From Candidatus Poribacteria bacterium (GTDB lineage Bacteria; Poribacteria; WGA-4E; PCPOR2b), in the NCBI GenBank assembly GCA_965215015.1, contig OZ244042.1, forward strand, positions 5,568,001 to 5,632,000: a stretch of 64,000 nucleotides of DNA. Reading direction: 5' to 3'. Below the pieces are notes generated by a model. It ran no database searches. It was not told the DNA's origin and was given only the letters and a program-made list of their open reading frames with translations. Below, one piece after another: positions 9,813 through 19,407 of this stretch. Each line of letters starts with the position of its first letter. Positions within the stretch are counted from its first letter, which is position 1. The position numbers and the translations under genes are program-made.

Positions 9813-10715
9813 TTAAGAAACGGTGGCGTTGGTCAACCCAAGTTCAGCGATACATTTCCTCAATGCTGTTTGTTGTTCGACAGTCAGAGGAGATCCGGGG
9901 GGTCTGGGATGACCACAGTCGATCCCCAGCCGTTCACTGAGAGTTGCCTTGAGAAGGGCGTGAAACCCACCGCCACACGCAAATACTCTGTCTGCTGCCT
10001 CACAAGCCCTGTCTTGGGCAGCTTCCGCCCGCTCCAAATCTCTAGCTCGGTAGGCGTTCCAAATCTCCACCCAAAGTTCGGGAGCCATGTTTGGGGGGCC
10101 GTCTACGCAGCCTGTGGCACCGATCGTCAGAGCCGGCAGCATTAATCGACTGTTTCCGATTAAGCAGAAGAGTCCCATCTTAGCAAAAGCGCGAACATTA
10201 CCAAATGTCGCCGCAGAATGCTTCAGGCCAGCCAACTGCGGCACTCCGTCCTGAATTTTCCGCATCAAAGCAGGGGTAATTTCAACGCCAGTGGCACCGG
10301 GCAAATTGTAGACAAACAGAGGCAGATCAGCCGCAGCCCCCACGATTCGGTAGTGCTCGACAATTTCCGCGTCGTCGCGCCCATAGAAAAAGGGTGGCAC
10401 ACAGCAGATTGCCTCAACACCAGCCTTGGCAGCATGTTCTGCCATCTTGGCAGCCCGTACGGTCGTTGGTGCACCGACGTGCATGATGTTCTTTATTCTG
10501 CCGTTGGACTGGTCTGCCACAATCTCCGCGATCCGGTTGTTCTCTTCGTCGTCCAACAGAACGCTTTCTCCAGTACCTCCAGCTACCCAGAAGCCGTGGA
10601 CACCCGCTTGGATGTTAAATTCGATCACTTTGCGAAAAGCCACTTCATTTAACTTTCCTTCAGGTGTCATTGGGGTAATGATCGCAGGAAATATACCGTG
10701 AAATTCAGTTTTCAT
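9813..10715 (-). CDS. Dihydrodipicolinate synthase/NanA family aldolase
   Basis: GGTGE, VYNLP and GLKHS (Schiff-base Lys) motifs. Confidence 0.9.
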   Translation of the reverse strand: MKTEFHGIFPAIITPMTPEGKLNEVAFRKVIEFNIQAGVHGFWVAGGTGESVLLDDEENNRIAEIVADQSNGRIKNIMHVGAPTTVRAAKMAEHAAKAGVEAICCVPPFFYGRDDAEIVEHYRIVGAAADLPLFVYNLPGATGVEITPALMRKIQDGVPQLAGLKHSAATFGNVRAFAKMGLFCLIGNSRLMLPALTIGATGCVDGPPNMAPELWVEIWNAYRARDLERAEAAQDRACEAADRVFACGGGFHALLKATLSERLGIDCGHPRPPGSPLTVEQQTALRKCIAELGLTNATVS

Positions 10716-10979
10716 AGCTACTCCTCCTAAGTCATAAGTGATGATAAAATAGACTAGATTTTGCCCTGAATGGGCGTATCTCTAATTCTTTCAGACAAGT
10801 CTCATTATATTTTGTAACACGGATTTCTACGAGTCCTTTTCCGCTGACCGCCAGCGAGGTCAGGAATGGGGTATGCTGAATGCGCCATTGGTCTCGGATG
10901 GTCACCTCTCTCCACCAGATGCACCGGGTGGGGACGAGTGGGATGACGCGCTTTTCAAATCTTTAGTATCAGCGGAGTA

Positions 10980-12170
10980 TCATTGACGTGGGAAGAAGGT
11001 ATCGATTCCAGCTTCGACATCATCGATTGGATGACCGTGCTGTTGTTCATAACTAGCGTGTATGTCGCGCTCAGTTTTGGTAAGATCGGTCAACGGGAAG
11101 GTCAAGGTGGCTCGACTCTGTTTGGCAGATTCGCTCATGGCGATGTTCATTTCCTGATCTTGCCGTCCAAGCTGTGCGCCGTACTCCGGTTCGGTGTTGT
11201 GGAGGACCGCATTCGCGAGACTCAACAGTTCATCGGCGACCGGGACCTGCCCTTCGGTGAGCGCGTAGTTCCTTAGCGGGTTCTCCCATGTAATCAGTTG
11301 GTCAGGAAGTTCCAATTCGATCTTCTCAACTACCTCCGTCCCATCCACATCAACTGTCGTGCGTTTCGGTTGATAACCGATGCTTTTCGCGCCGTTCTCC
11401 AAATCTTCGGGCGGTACAACGTGGATTTTTTCGCCTACAATTGTGCCCTTGCTGCCATCAATCTGCGAGATACCGCCCTGCCCGCGTCCCAATGAGCGGG
11501 CATGAATAACATTGGAATAAACCATCAGGGCGGTTGCATTGTTGTCAAACTCTAGGAAGCCAAATGTCCAGTTATCGCTTGTGTGGTGACGTTTCATGCG
11601 ATCGATGATTGGGATGATCGGCGTGGATTGGGTAATGCCGAGTATCGATTTCGGTTCTCCATTCGCACGCAGCCGAAGCATACTCATGCCGTGATAACCG
11701 CCTTCGTAGAAGATTCGGTAAATTCGCCCCACTTCGCCTATCACACCTGAATCGATCACAGCGGATAGAAAACGTTCTCGCGGCGCACGGTAGTAATTTT
11801 CTGCCACCTCCAGCTTGACGTTGTTTTTTGTTGCCGCCGCAATCATGAGATCCGTCATCGGCAACGTCACGGCGATTGGCGTTTCGACGATGATATGTAC
11901 ACCGGCATCTGCCATAAAACAAGCGATGGCGTGGTGAGCGATTCCGGGCACAGTGATAGCCACGGCATCCAGTTTTTCATGTGTCACCAAATCTCGGACG
12001 TTGGTGTAGGGGTTCGCACCGTACTGCTTGGCGTACTGTTGAGCGGTCGCTTGATCTATGTCACAGATTGCGACGAGATTGTAAACATCTTTCAGCTTGG
12101 CAATCACAGGAAGATGTGCTTGCCCCCCGCGTCTACCTGCGCCAATCAACGCGATATTGAGTTTTAACAT
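10980..12170 (-). CDS. Gfo/Idh/MocA family oxidoreductase
   Basis: IALIGAG Rossmann start, IVETP and AENYY motifs. Confidence 0.85.
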   Translation of the reverse strand: MLKLNIALIGAGRRGGQAHLPVIAKLKDVYNLVAICDIDQATAQQYAKQYGANPYTNVRDLVTHEKLDAVAITVPGIAHHAIACFMADAGVHIIVETPIAVTLPMTDLMIAAATKNNVKLEVAENYYRAPRERFLSAVIDSGVIGEVGRIYRIFYEGGYHGMSMLRLRANGEPKSILGITQSTPIIPIIDRMKRHHTSDNWTFGFLEFDNNATALMVYSNVIHARSLGRGQGGISQIDGSKGTIVGEKIHVVPPEDLENGAKSIGYQPKRTTVDVDGTEVVEKIELELPDQLITWENPLRNYALTEGQVPVADELLSLANAVLHNTEPEYGAQLGRQDQEMNIAMSESAKQSRATLTFPLTDLTKTERDIHASYEQQHGHPIDDVEAGIDTFFPRQ

Positions 12171-12248
12171 TTGTGGGTTCCTTGTCGTTCCTTTGTTATC
12201 ATTGTTAATCACAACGGGAGTTAGAACCTTAAAGCAAATTGGATTCTT

Positions 12249-13064
12249 TTAATCATCAAATAGTGTTAACTGATTTGAGCCAATGACTCGCGGGATAATC
12301 CCACCTTCGTCTACTCCGCCCAGTTGGTTGATGTTTTCCTTAATGGTCGGTAAACAGTACTCTTGCATTTGCTCTCGAATTTGTACACCATTGAAGCGTA
12401 AGACCCTCCAGCCGGCTGTCTTTATGTTGTTATCACGCACATTGTCTTCAGCAGCACGCTCCGGGCTAGCGTGCCAACTATCACCATCGGTTTCTATGTC
12501 AATATTTCCCCTGGCACAATAGATTGCGAAGTCTAAGAAATAATCATGTTCCTTAGCTTTAATCAACTCTTGGCGTTCAGCTAAGAGTTGTAATCGCTTA
12601 AATTCTGCCCATAGCCGATCTTCCAAGGGACTTTCATCGTACAGGTCATTGATTTCGACAGCATTGATAAACTTATGCCAAGTGGTAGGAATGAAGATAA
12701 TTCTCCGAAAGTGCCGACTCAAGATCGGTTTGGGAAGTCGCTGCAACGGTTGCAGAAAAAGCTGGTAATAACGGTGATTACGTTTCTTATCAGGGAAGTT
12801 GTCCGGAAACAGTTCCCAACGGTAGACTTTACGGATGTCAAGCACCCGTGCGTAGTAGTTGACAGCATGGGATTCATGACCAAAAACCCGAGTCAGGTAG
12901 AATGCTAGCCACTGTGGTGGCCAACGTTTCTCTAACCGTTTATGAGCAATGCTAATGGGAATCCGATACCAGTGCTGGTCCCGAGCTATGGCAAAATCAG
13001 AGGAGTTATTAATAATTGCGACCAGTACCTCTCCACGGTTATCTGTTGATTCCCTTGAACGCAT
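12249..13064 (-). CDS. DUF559/Vsr-like endonuclease with an extra N-terminal domain
   Basis: ESPLE…LDFA…IETDGDSWH…DNVRDN…GWRVLRF; N-terminal WYRIP domain. Confidence 0.8.
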   Translation of the reverse strand: MRSRESTDNRGEVLVAIINNSSDFAIARDQHWYRIPISIAHKRLEKRWPPQWLAFYLTRVFGHESHAVNYYARVLDIRKVYRWELFPDNFPDKKRNHRYYQLFLQPLQRLPKPILSRHFRRIIFIPTTWHKFINAVEINDLYDESPLEDRLWAEFKRLQLLAERQELIKAKEHDYFLDFAIYCARGNIDIETDGDSWHASPERAAEDNVRDNNIKTAGWRVLRFNGVQIREQMQEYCLPTIKENINQLGGVDEGGIIPRVIGSNQLTLFDD

Positions 13065-13085
13065 GTAATCTCTCGTTTGTCATGT

Positions 13086-13487
13086 TCAGAAATAGCCTCC
13101 GTTCAGTACGCTTCCTTCATCTGGATCCGTATCGGCTAGAACGCCCTCTATGTGAGACACCAGGCGAGCAAATACCTCTGGTGAAAATGGATTCTCACTG
13201 AGATATCTCGCATATCCCTCACGGATTCGTTGTCTGCCTTGATATGTTGCATAGTGACGCCTTACCTGTGAACCAACTCTTTTAGCTTTTCGCAGCAGGA
13301 GCACTTCGTCAATATCGGTTGGTACGGTACTGATAGGAGTCATGTCAAGCCATTCACAAAGAAGATAATATTTCGCCCCAGGTACTGCTGTTTTTACATC
13401 GTGTGCGGTTGCTGATGCCTCTTGAAACATTGTCTTATCGAGATTCGTTTTACACTTTTACACTAAGGGCGGTGTTGGTAATGCCAT
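13086..13487 (-). pseudogene. Bpu10I-family restriction endonuclease with internal deletion and stop
   Basis: ATG at 13487 gives MALPTPPLV*, joined in frame to KCKTNLDKTMFQEASATAHDVK…YYLLCEWLDM, the conserved C-terminal half. Confidence 0.75.
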
Positions 13488-14725
13488 GATTCTTTTGCCT
13501 CTGACGGTACAAATTGCGGCGAAGGTGCGATATCCTGTACGCGCGAGAGTGCATCTTCGAGATACTTACGCCTATCTGCTGGTACCGTTTGCCGCGCCAT
13601 CGAGAGCACCTCCTCCCCAATTTTCCGGGCACGACTAATGATAAGAGTGGGAACGAGGGGTGTTATGCCTCTAGGAATGAAGTGTAGTATGTCTTCTTTG
13701 ATAGTATTGCCGAATTTGTTCTGGAATTTGCGCTCTTGTTGTAGAATCGTTCGGATACCAACAACATCTTCGGCAAGTCGGCGTAAAATAGTACCGTTGA
13801 AAAAGGCGGTTCTATGAACATTTGACTCTCTACCTACAACAAAAACCACTCTTGCAGTATCGCGACAAACCCGTACCAACTCAGATAGTCATAAGCTCAT
13901 ATCAATGCAGTACTGTACAACCGTTAGAAATCGATTCTGTCGGAACTTACGGTTTGCGCCAATTTCAGACTTTGCTGATACGAGCGGCTTCCAGCCTAGC
14001 ATCTCAACCGCAGCGCGGTAATTGTGATGGTAATTAAATACGTTAATGTAAGGTGGGGAAGTAAGGACGAAATCAATAACACTATCATCTAGCGGTAGAT
14101 ATCTTGCATCTCCCAATGATACGGAAATCGTTTTTGTGGCTTGTGGCAAAGTTTCAATGAGGAAACGGAGTTCGTTCCATTTTGACCAAAAGAATTCTGT
14201 TGAAATGCTACAATCTCTCAAATCTAATTTTACGATTAAGGCTTCAACCAAAGCTTTAACATCGGGTGTTTTTAGTTGAATCAAATTAGAAATAAGCGGT
14301 GTGATAAATATGCCATTGTTAGAATTTACACCGTTTGGTTCAAAGAGCGGAAGTCCCAGAGGAATGAACTTTGATAAGTAACTATCCGTCCTTGAAATCA
14401 AAGAATTCCGTTCTCTTCTGCTGTAACTAGCAAATGTGTAAACCTTGGACAATAATTCAGCAGCAGGATTCACTTCATAACCAAATGCCTCGTGACCTAG
14501 GTGAGCAGCCTCCACTAGCACTGTGCCGCTACCAACAAAGGGGTCAAGAACTACATCATCCTTATCGGCATAGTTTTCAAGGATAGCTTGGACGAACTGG
14601 GGCGAGAACTGTCCACGCCAAGCGAGGAGATTTGATCGCTTCTTGTCATCGATATCCAGATGGGCTCGATCCAAGGGCTGATCAAACGGCACAGAACTCT
14701 TTAACTCTGATGCAAGTATAGTCAA
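13463..14725 (-). pseudogene. N4-cytosine-type DNA methyltransferase with in-frame stop
   Basis: DPFVGSGT and TSPPY motifs; ORFs 13889-14725 and 13463-13879 share one frame, separated by a single TGA at 13889-13891 (IDMSL*LSELVRVC). Confidence 0.8.
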
Positions 14726-14816
14726 TCGTCATCTCCAATTTCTGCGTTTTCTATTCTCATTCTGCCTCAGCTAACCCATCTGAGCTATGATTTTTATCAG
14801 ATCCTAGGCTTCACAT

Positions 14817-14972
14817 TCATAACAAGCAGAAAGGCACAGTAGTTATTACCTTGTCATCTGCTGAGTTCATGGGAATATAACCTTTCACACAGAAAACTTC
14901 ATACCCTGCATCGTGAAGAGCACCAACAACAGTGTTCGAGCCACATTGGTCAGCGAAGAATCTCAATCCCAT
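14817..14972 (-). pseudogene. Truncated DUF5615 PIN-like toxin
   Basis: MGLRFFADQC…ALHDAGYEV…SADDKVI, then an early stop; TAATG coupling to the upstream DUF433 gene. Confidence 0.65.
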
Positions 14973-15196
14973 TAAGCTGCTACCTTAAATTCTGCTAACT
15001 CCCGTGCATAATCGAGACATGCTAGAATTTGTGTTTTCTGTAGCTCTAGAAACTCGGCAATAATCTGCTCTGTGGTCTGATCTGCCGCCAGCTATCCAAG
15101 GATAAGACTTACGGGGATTCTTGTGTTCTTAATACGCGGCTTGCCCCGTAGTATATCAGGCGTACTAACGATACAATCTCACCAGTTGGTTTTCGT
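14972..15196 (-). pseudogene. DUF433 antitoxin pseudogene
   Basis: IVSTPDILRGKPRIKNTRIPVSLILG*LAA…ILACLDYA; start codon mutated to ACG and two internal stops. Confidence 0.8.
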
Positions 15197-15585
15197 ATTT
15201 CCTTTAATACCTCTCCCTTTTTATCAATCTAACAAAAAAAGTTCAGTTGTCTCCTTCTCAGACGAGCACGGCGCGAGAGGACGATAAAACGTCTGCCCCA
15301 AAACCTACCGGCAAGAGGACTGACGGATTATTGTTAACGTTTTTAGGGCATCTCGTGTAACTAGCCTATACCAAGGAAAAACACTATAACCATAATAACC
15401 ACAAGCCGTTTCATCACAATTCCTCTGCAAATGTAGTCAGCAGTCCCCTATCACACCAACTAAAGAAGAAGCAGATTGGTTTTCCTATAATGCTAAAGGT
15501 TAGAAAATGGAAGAGGACTAGGAAGAAGCCAAGGAAGGACCATCCAGACGATATTTTACAGTGAGAATGGCTATACTCATGTCCG

Positions 15586-16017
15586 CTATTCAGGCATGTT
15601 AATGACCACATACTGCTGATCGACGGATACGGAGTAGGTCTCGGCGGTGTACGGTCCCTTTTGCAGCCCTGAGGTCACCGTAGCCCCGTCCTCTACCTCT
15701 ACCGGGTACTTTCTAACACGTTTCTGCGCTGGGTTCCACCACGACTGTCCTGTTTTGATATCAAACTCCCAACCGTGCCAAACACAGCGTAGGATCTCGC
15801 CTTTGCGGGTATATTTATATTCACCCGGCACATTGGACTCAAGAAGCCCTGTCAGACGTCCCTCGCATAGGGGAGCTCCCTGATGGGGACAGATGTTCCG
15901 CACAGCATAAAACTCGCCATTAATATTAAAAATGCCGAGTGACCGTCCTTCAAGTTCAATGATTTTGCGTTCACCCGGCGGGATTTCGTCTACGGTTGCA
16001 ACTACATGTTTTGCCAT
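15586..16017 (-). CDS. Rieske [2Fe-2S] ferredoxin
   Basis: CPHQG…CVWHGWEF. Confidence 0.92.
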   Translation of the reverse strand: MAKHVVATVDEIPPGERKIIELEGRSLGIFNINGEFYAVRNICPHQGAPLCEGRLTGLLESNVPGEYKYTRKGEILRCVWHGWEFDIKTGQSWWNPAQKRVRKYPVEVEDGATVTSGLQKGPYTAETYSVSVDQQYVVINMPE

Positions 16018-16132
16018 AGGATTCTATTGTATTGCATGGAATGTAGTAGGAGGGTTCAGGGGTTCGGGGCTCACGAAACCCCTTTGTTTTTTTCTTCATG
16101 AACCCCTGAACGGTTTGTTGATTTGCAAACTT

Positions 16133-17194
16133 CTACAATTTATACAGTTCACGCGCATTATCTGCCATAATCCGCCGCCTTGCGTCCGGTGCCAGACTCG
16201 TCGGGAAAGCGCGGTCGGGAGCATCGAAATCCCAATGCGGATAATCGGTTGCGAACATCAGTCTCTCTCGTGCGTTGAGCTGCTCTAGTAACAGGTCAAA
16301 ATACTCGCGCTTAGGAGGTTCTTCCACCGGCTGCGAACTAAGCCAAAAATGCTCCTTCATATACTCTGATGGGAGCCGTTTCAGATCCGGGACCTCCTCT
16401 TTCAATTTTTTCCAACTCTGATCGAGCCGCCACATCAACGGTGGGAACCAAGCAAAGCCCCCCTCAATCAAGACAAACTTGAGTGTGGGGAAGCGTTCAA
16501 AAACACCTTCACAAACGAGGCTAATCACCTGCGTCTGGAATGCTTGTGGCATACCGCCGTGGTCCTCGATATAGTATGAGGGCGAACCTGCGCCGGTAAT
16601 CGGACCGGCACCGACACCACCGAAGTGGATGCCGATCGGGAGATTGTAGCGCGTCGCGGCTTCGTACATTTTCCAATACTTCCGCCGTCCCAAGGGTTCG
16701 TCCGTGCGTACAATCAATAGTACCTGCACAAAGTTCGGATCTTCACCACGCCGATGGATCTCCTCCGCTGCCAATTCCCCATCTTCATAAGGAACGACAA
16801 TTGATGCCTTCAGGCGTGGTTCAGGTGTCGTCCATTCTTCGACCTGCCAATCGTTGATTGCCCGTGCGATCGCCGCAACGTACTCCAAATTGAGTCCGCT
16901 GCCGCCCATCAATGGATTCAGAATCCCGTATTCCATGTCCCAAGCGTCGAGCAATTGCTCCTGCATAAAAGCAAGGTCTGCACCCGGCGCAAGCCCGGAT
17001 GGGGGCCAGGCGTCGTGCCGAGCTGCATGGGGCATCCCCCGCGGATAGCTAGATCCGGCGTGGCCGCGCCCACCTATCATCGCCTGATGTTTGCGCCAGC
17101 GTTCAGAAAGGTAGGGGTGCAGGGATTCTGACGATGGGAGATTGTTGTGAATATCGGTGTCAATGACAGGAACTTTTTCCCGTGTACTTTTCAT
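16133..17194 (-). CDS. Amidohydrolase-2 family protein (AibH/PtmU3-like dinuclear oxygenase subunit)
   Basis: IDTDIH, GIHFG, IEGG and FATDYPHWDFD motifs. Confidence 0.85.
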   Translation of the reverse strand: MKSTREKVPVIDTDIHNNLPSSESLHPYLSERWRKHQAMIGGRGHAGSSYPRGMPHAARHDAWPPSGLAPGADLAFMQEQLLDAWDMEYGILNPLMGGSGLNLEYVAAIARAINDWQVEEWTTPEPRLKASIVVPYEDGELAAEEIHRRGEDPNFVQVLLIVRTDEPLGRRKYWKMYEAATRYNLPIGIHFGGVGAGPITGAGSPSYYIEDHGGMPQAFQTQVISLVCEGVFERFPTLKFVLIEGGFAWFPPLMWRLDQSWKKLKEEVPDLKRLPSEYMKEHFWLSSQPVEEPPKREYFDLLLEQLNARERLMFATDYPHWDFDAPDRAFPTSLAPDARRRIMADNARELYKL

Positions 17195-17287
17195 CTGGGT
17201 TTCCTCCTTATTTAAAGGTGAGTTTCTGGATTTTCAGACTTAAGTTGATGGATTGGAACAGGATTTACAAGGTAATCCTGATACATT

Positions 17288-18370
17288 TCACAGTTGATAA
17301 AACTCCCGCGCATTTTCCGCTAGGATTTTCTTCATTAGTGACTCTGGTAGTCCCATCGGCAAAGCCTCCTCTGGGGAATCAAATTGCCAATGTGGGTAGT
17401 CGGTTGAAAACATCAGCATGTCGTCCGAATCAAGTTGACCAATCATCCGAAGGAGCTGCTTCGGATCTGGTGGTGTGTCCATTGGCTGAAGCGTAAAACG
17501 GAGGTGTTCGCGCATATAGTCCGACGGTAGCCGTTTAATCCACGGTGTAATGTGGCGCAGGCCTCTCCATTCCTTATCGATTCGCCACATGACCGACGGT
17601 AGCCATGTAAAACCACCTTCGATTAAGGCAACTCGCAGATCTGGAAAACGATCGAATGCGCCCTCTGTAACCAAGCTGATGACTTGGGCTTGGAAAATCT
17701 GTCCGGCACCGGCGTATTCCTCTAAATAGGTCGAAAACCAACCGCTTGGACTTGGAGGGATGCCCGCAGCCCCACCGTAATGGATGCCAACGACAAGATT
17801 ATGGCGGACTGCAGCCTCGAAAATTGGGTCATAGTGTCGCTTGCCGTAGGGCATCAGGGAGCGTACTGGCAACAGAACCTGTACAAATCCGGGATGGTCG
17901 CCCATGCGTTCAATTTCTTGCGCTGCTGATAATGGGTTCTGGCTCGAAACAACTAGTGAGGCACGTAAACGCGGCTCTGGATCAAGCCAATGTTCGACCT
18001 GCCAGTCATTGGTCGCGGTAGCGAGTGCTGCTGCCAAATATTCATTATGGACGGTTTGCACCCAATACGCACAGTTCAGGATGCCGTAATCCGCCTCCCA
18101 GAAATCGAGGGTCTGCTTTCGCAGCAGCTCCAAATCTGATCCCGGCGGTCCGTCTGAAGGTTTCGTGTCTGGAAGTGCTGACGTCGGTGCGCCCCCTGGG
18201 TAGTCCCCCATTTCAGGTCCCCCGAACCCGGAGGTGCTGCAATACTCAACCCAAAAGTCCGGCAGGTATGGGTAAAGGGTTCCCAGCGACGGTACGCGAT
18301 TATGGATATCACAGTCAATCAATGGAAGGTCTGACCGAATAAAGCTCGGTTTTGTATCCCATGTCTCCAC
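17288..18370 (-). CDS. Amidohydrolase-2 family protein, paralogue of the downstream gene
   Basis: IDCDIH, GIHYG and FSTDYPHWQFD motifs; AAGGAG RBS before the GTG at 18370. Confidence 0.85.
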   Translation of the reverse strand: METWDTKPSFIRSDLPLIDCDIHNRVPSLGTLYPYLPDFWVEYCSTSGFGGPEMGDYPGGAPTSALPDTKPSDGPPGSDLELLRKQTLDFWEADYGILNCAYWVQTVHNEYLAAALATATNDWQVEHWLDPEPRLRASLVVSSQNPLSAAQEIERMGDHPGFVQVLLPVRSLMPYGKRHYDPIFEAAVRHNLVVGIHYGGAAGIPPSPSGWFSTYLEEYAGAGQIFQAQVISLVTEGAFDRFPDLRVALIEGGFTWLPSVMWRIDKEWRGLRHITPWIKRLPSDYMREHLRFTLQPMDTPPDPKQLLRMIGQLDSDDMLMFSTDYPHWQFDSPEEALPMGLPESLMKKILAENAREFYQL

Positions 18371-18590
18371 GGTTTTCTCCTTAAACAATTATAGCGTCTT
18401 TTATTAGGATACACGCCTAGCATCTTTTTGTCAATAGGAAGTTTCGCTGCATGGGTGGTTTGAATTATTTTCTAATGGAAGCAGCCAGACTAACAACTCC
18501 CCTACACAACCACATCCGGGTATAGAAATTGACAACTTTTAATCCTCTGTGTTATCATTCGTCCTACATTTATTTAGAGGAGGGATGGAA

Positions 18591-19223
18591 ATGACCGAAG
18601 TTTTTGAGAAAATGGAAGCACTCAAAGCCCAAGCGGTCGTCTGCACCGACTGCGGATTAGCGGAAACCCGGTTGAACGTTGTTTTTGGTAACGGCGATCC
18701 TACCTCCAAACTCGTTATTGTCGCTGAGGGGCCATCAGCAACGGATGAACATACGCTCATCCCATTTTCGGGTCCGTCGGGGGTTCTGCTAGACGAGATG
18801 CTTCATACGAACGACTTAGACCGTGACGACATCTGGATAACAAATGTAATCAGATGTCGTGCCGCTGTCCGAGAGGGACACGTAATAAAAAACCGCCCGC
18901 CGAAAGCCGCAGAGATTAGGGCGTGCTCAAAATGGCTCGACGGAGAGCTCACTTTGATTAGTCCCTCGGTCATCGTATGTATGGGAAGCCCTGCTGCGAA
19001 TACGCTCATCCACAAAGGCTTTCGCATGACCGAGGAGCGAGGTCAATGGTTCACAGATACACTTTACGCCCCATTTGTTTTAGCAACCTATAATCCTGCA
19101 TTTGTATTGAGACAGGACGGTGAAGCGTATACGCGTGCCCGGCAGGCTCTGATTGATGATATTGCCGCAGCGAAGCATAAAGTATCAGAAACCCCTGACT
19201 CCCCGAAGTTGACGCTGTTCTAG
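18591..19223 (+). CDS. Family-4 uracil-DNA glycosylase-like protein (4Fe-4S) with altered motifs
   Basis: CTDCGL, AEGPS, ITNVIRCR, NRPP…C and ATYNPA motifs; GAGGAGG RBS. Confidence 0.85.
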   Translation: MTEVFEKMEALKAQAVVCTDCGLAETRLNVVFGNGDPTSKLVIVAEGPSATDEHTLIPFSGPSGVLLDEMLHTNDLDRDDIWITNVIRCRAAVREGHVIKNRPPKAAEIRACSKWLDGELTLISPSVIVCMGSPAANTLIHKGFRMTEERGQWFTDTLYAPFVLATYNPAFVLRQDGEAYTRARQALIDDIAAAKHKVSETPDSPKLTLF

Positions 19224-19407
19224 ATTCGACTAATACTGAACAATCCCATTTCGGTCATGTAAAGAATGAGTGCAACAGAAGCCCTAGGGCCTTGCCTCGC
19301 CCCTGCTTGCGGGGGGACTGAGGGGGGTACGAAATGGAGAACCGTTTCCACAACCCAATCCGACCTGTACAGATCCGGAGGCAGATTTAGAAGAACCGAT
19401 CTACTCC

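Noticed and set aside
10760-10975. Possible small gene or ncRNA in the gap between the Gfo oxidoreductase and the aldolase
   Set aside because: An open stretch exists on the minus strand, but I could not identify a convincing start, family motif or structure
13889-13891. Selenocysteine read-through in the methyltransferase
   Set aside because: The position is not a catalytic Cys site, no hairpin like the peroxiredoxin SECIS follows, and the partner nuclease is also broken
15240-15585. Possible gene remnant at the edge of the defence islet
   Set aside because: Only short frames with no recognisable homology or repeats
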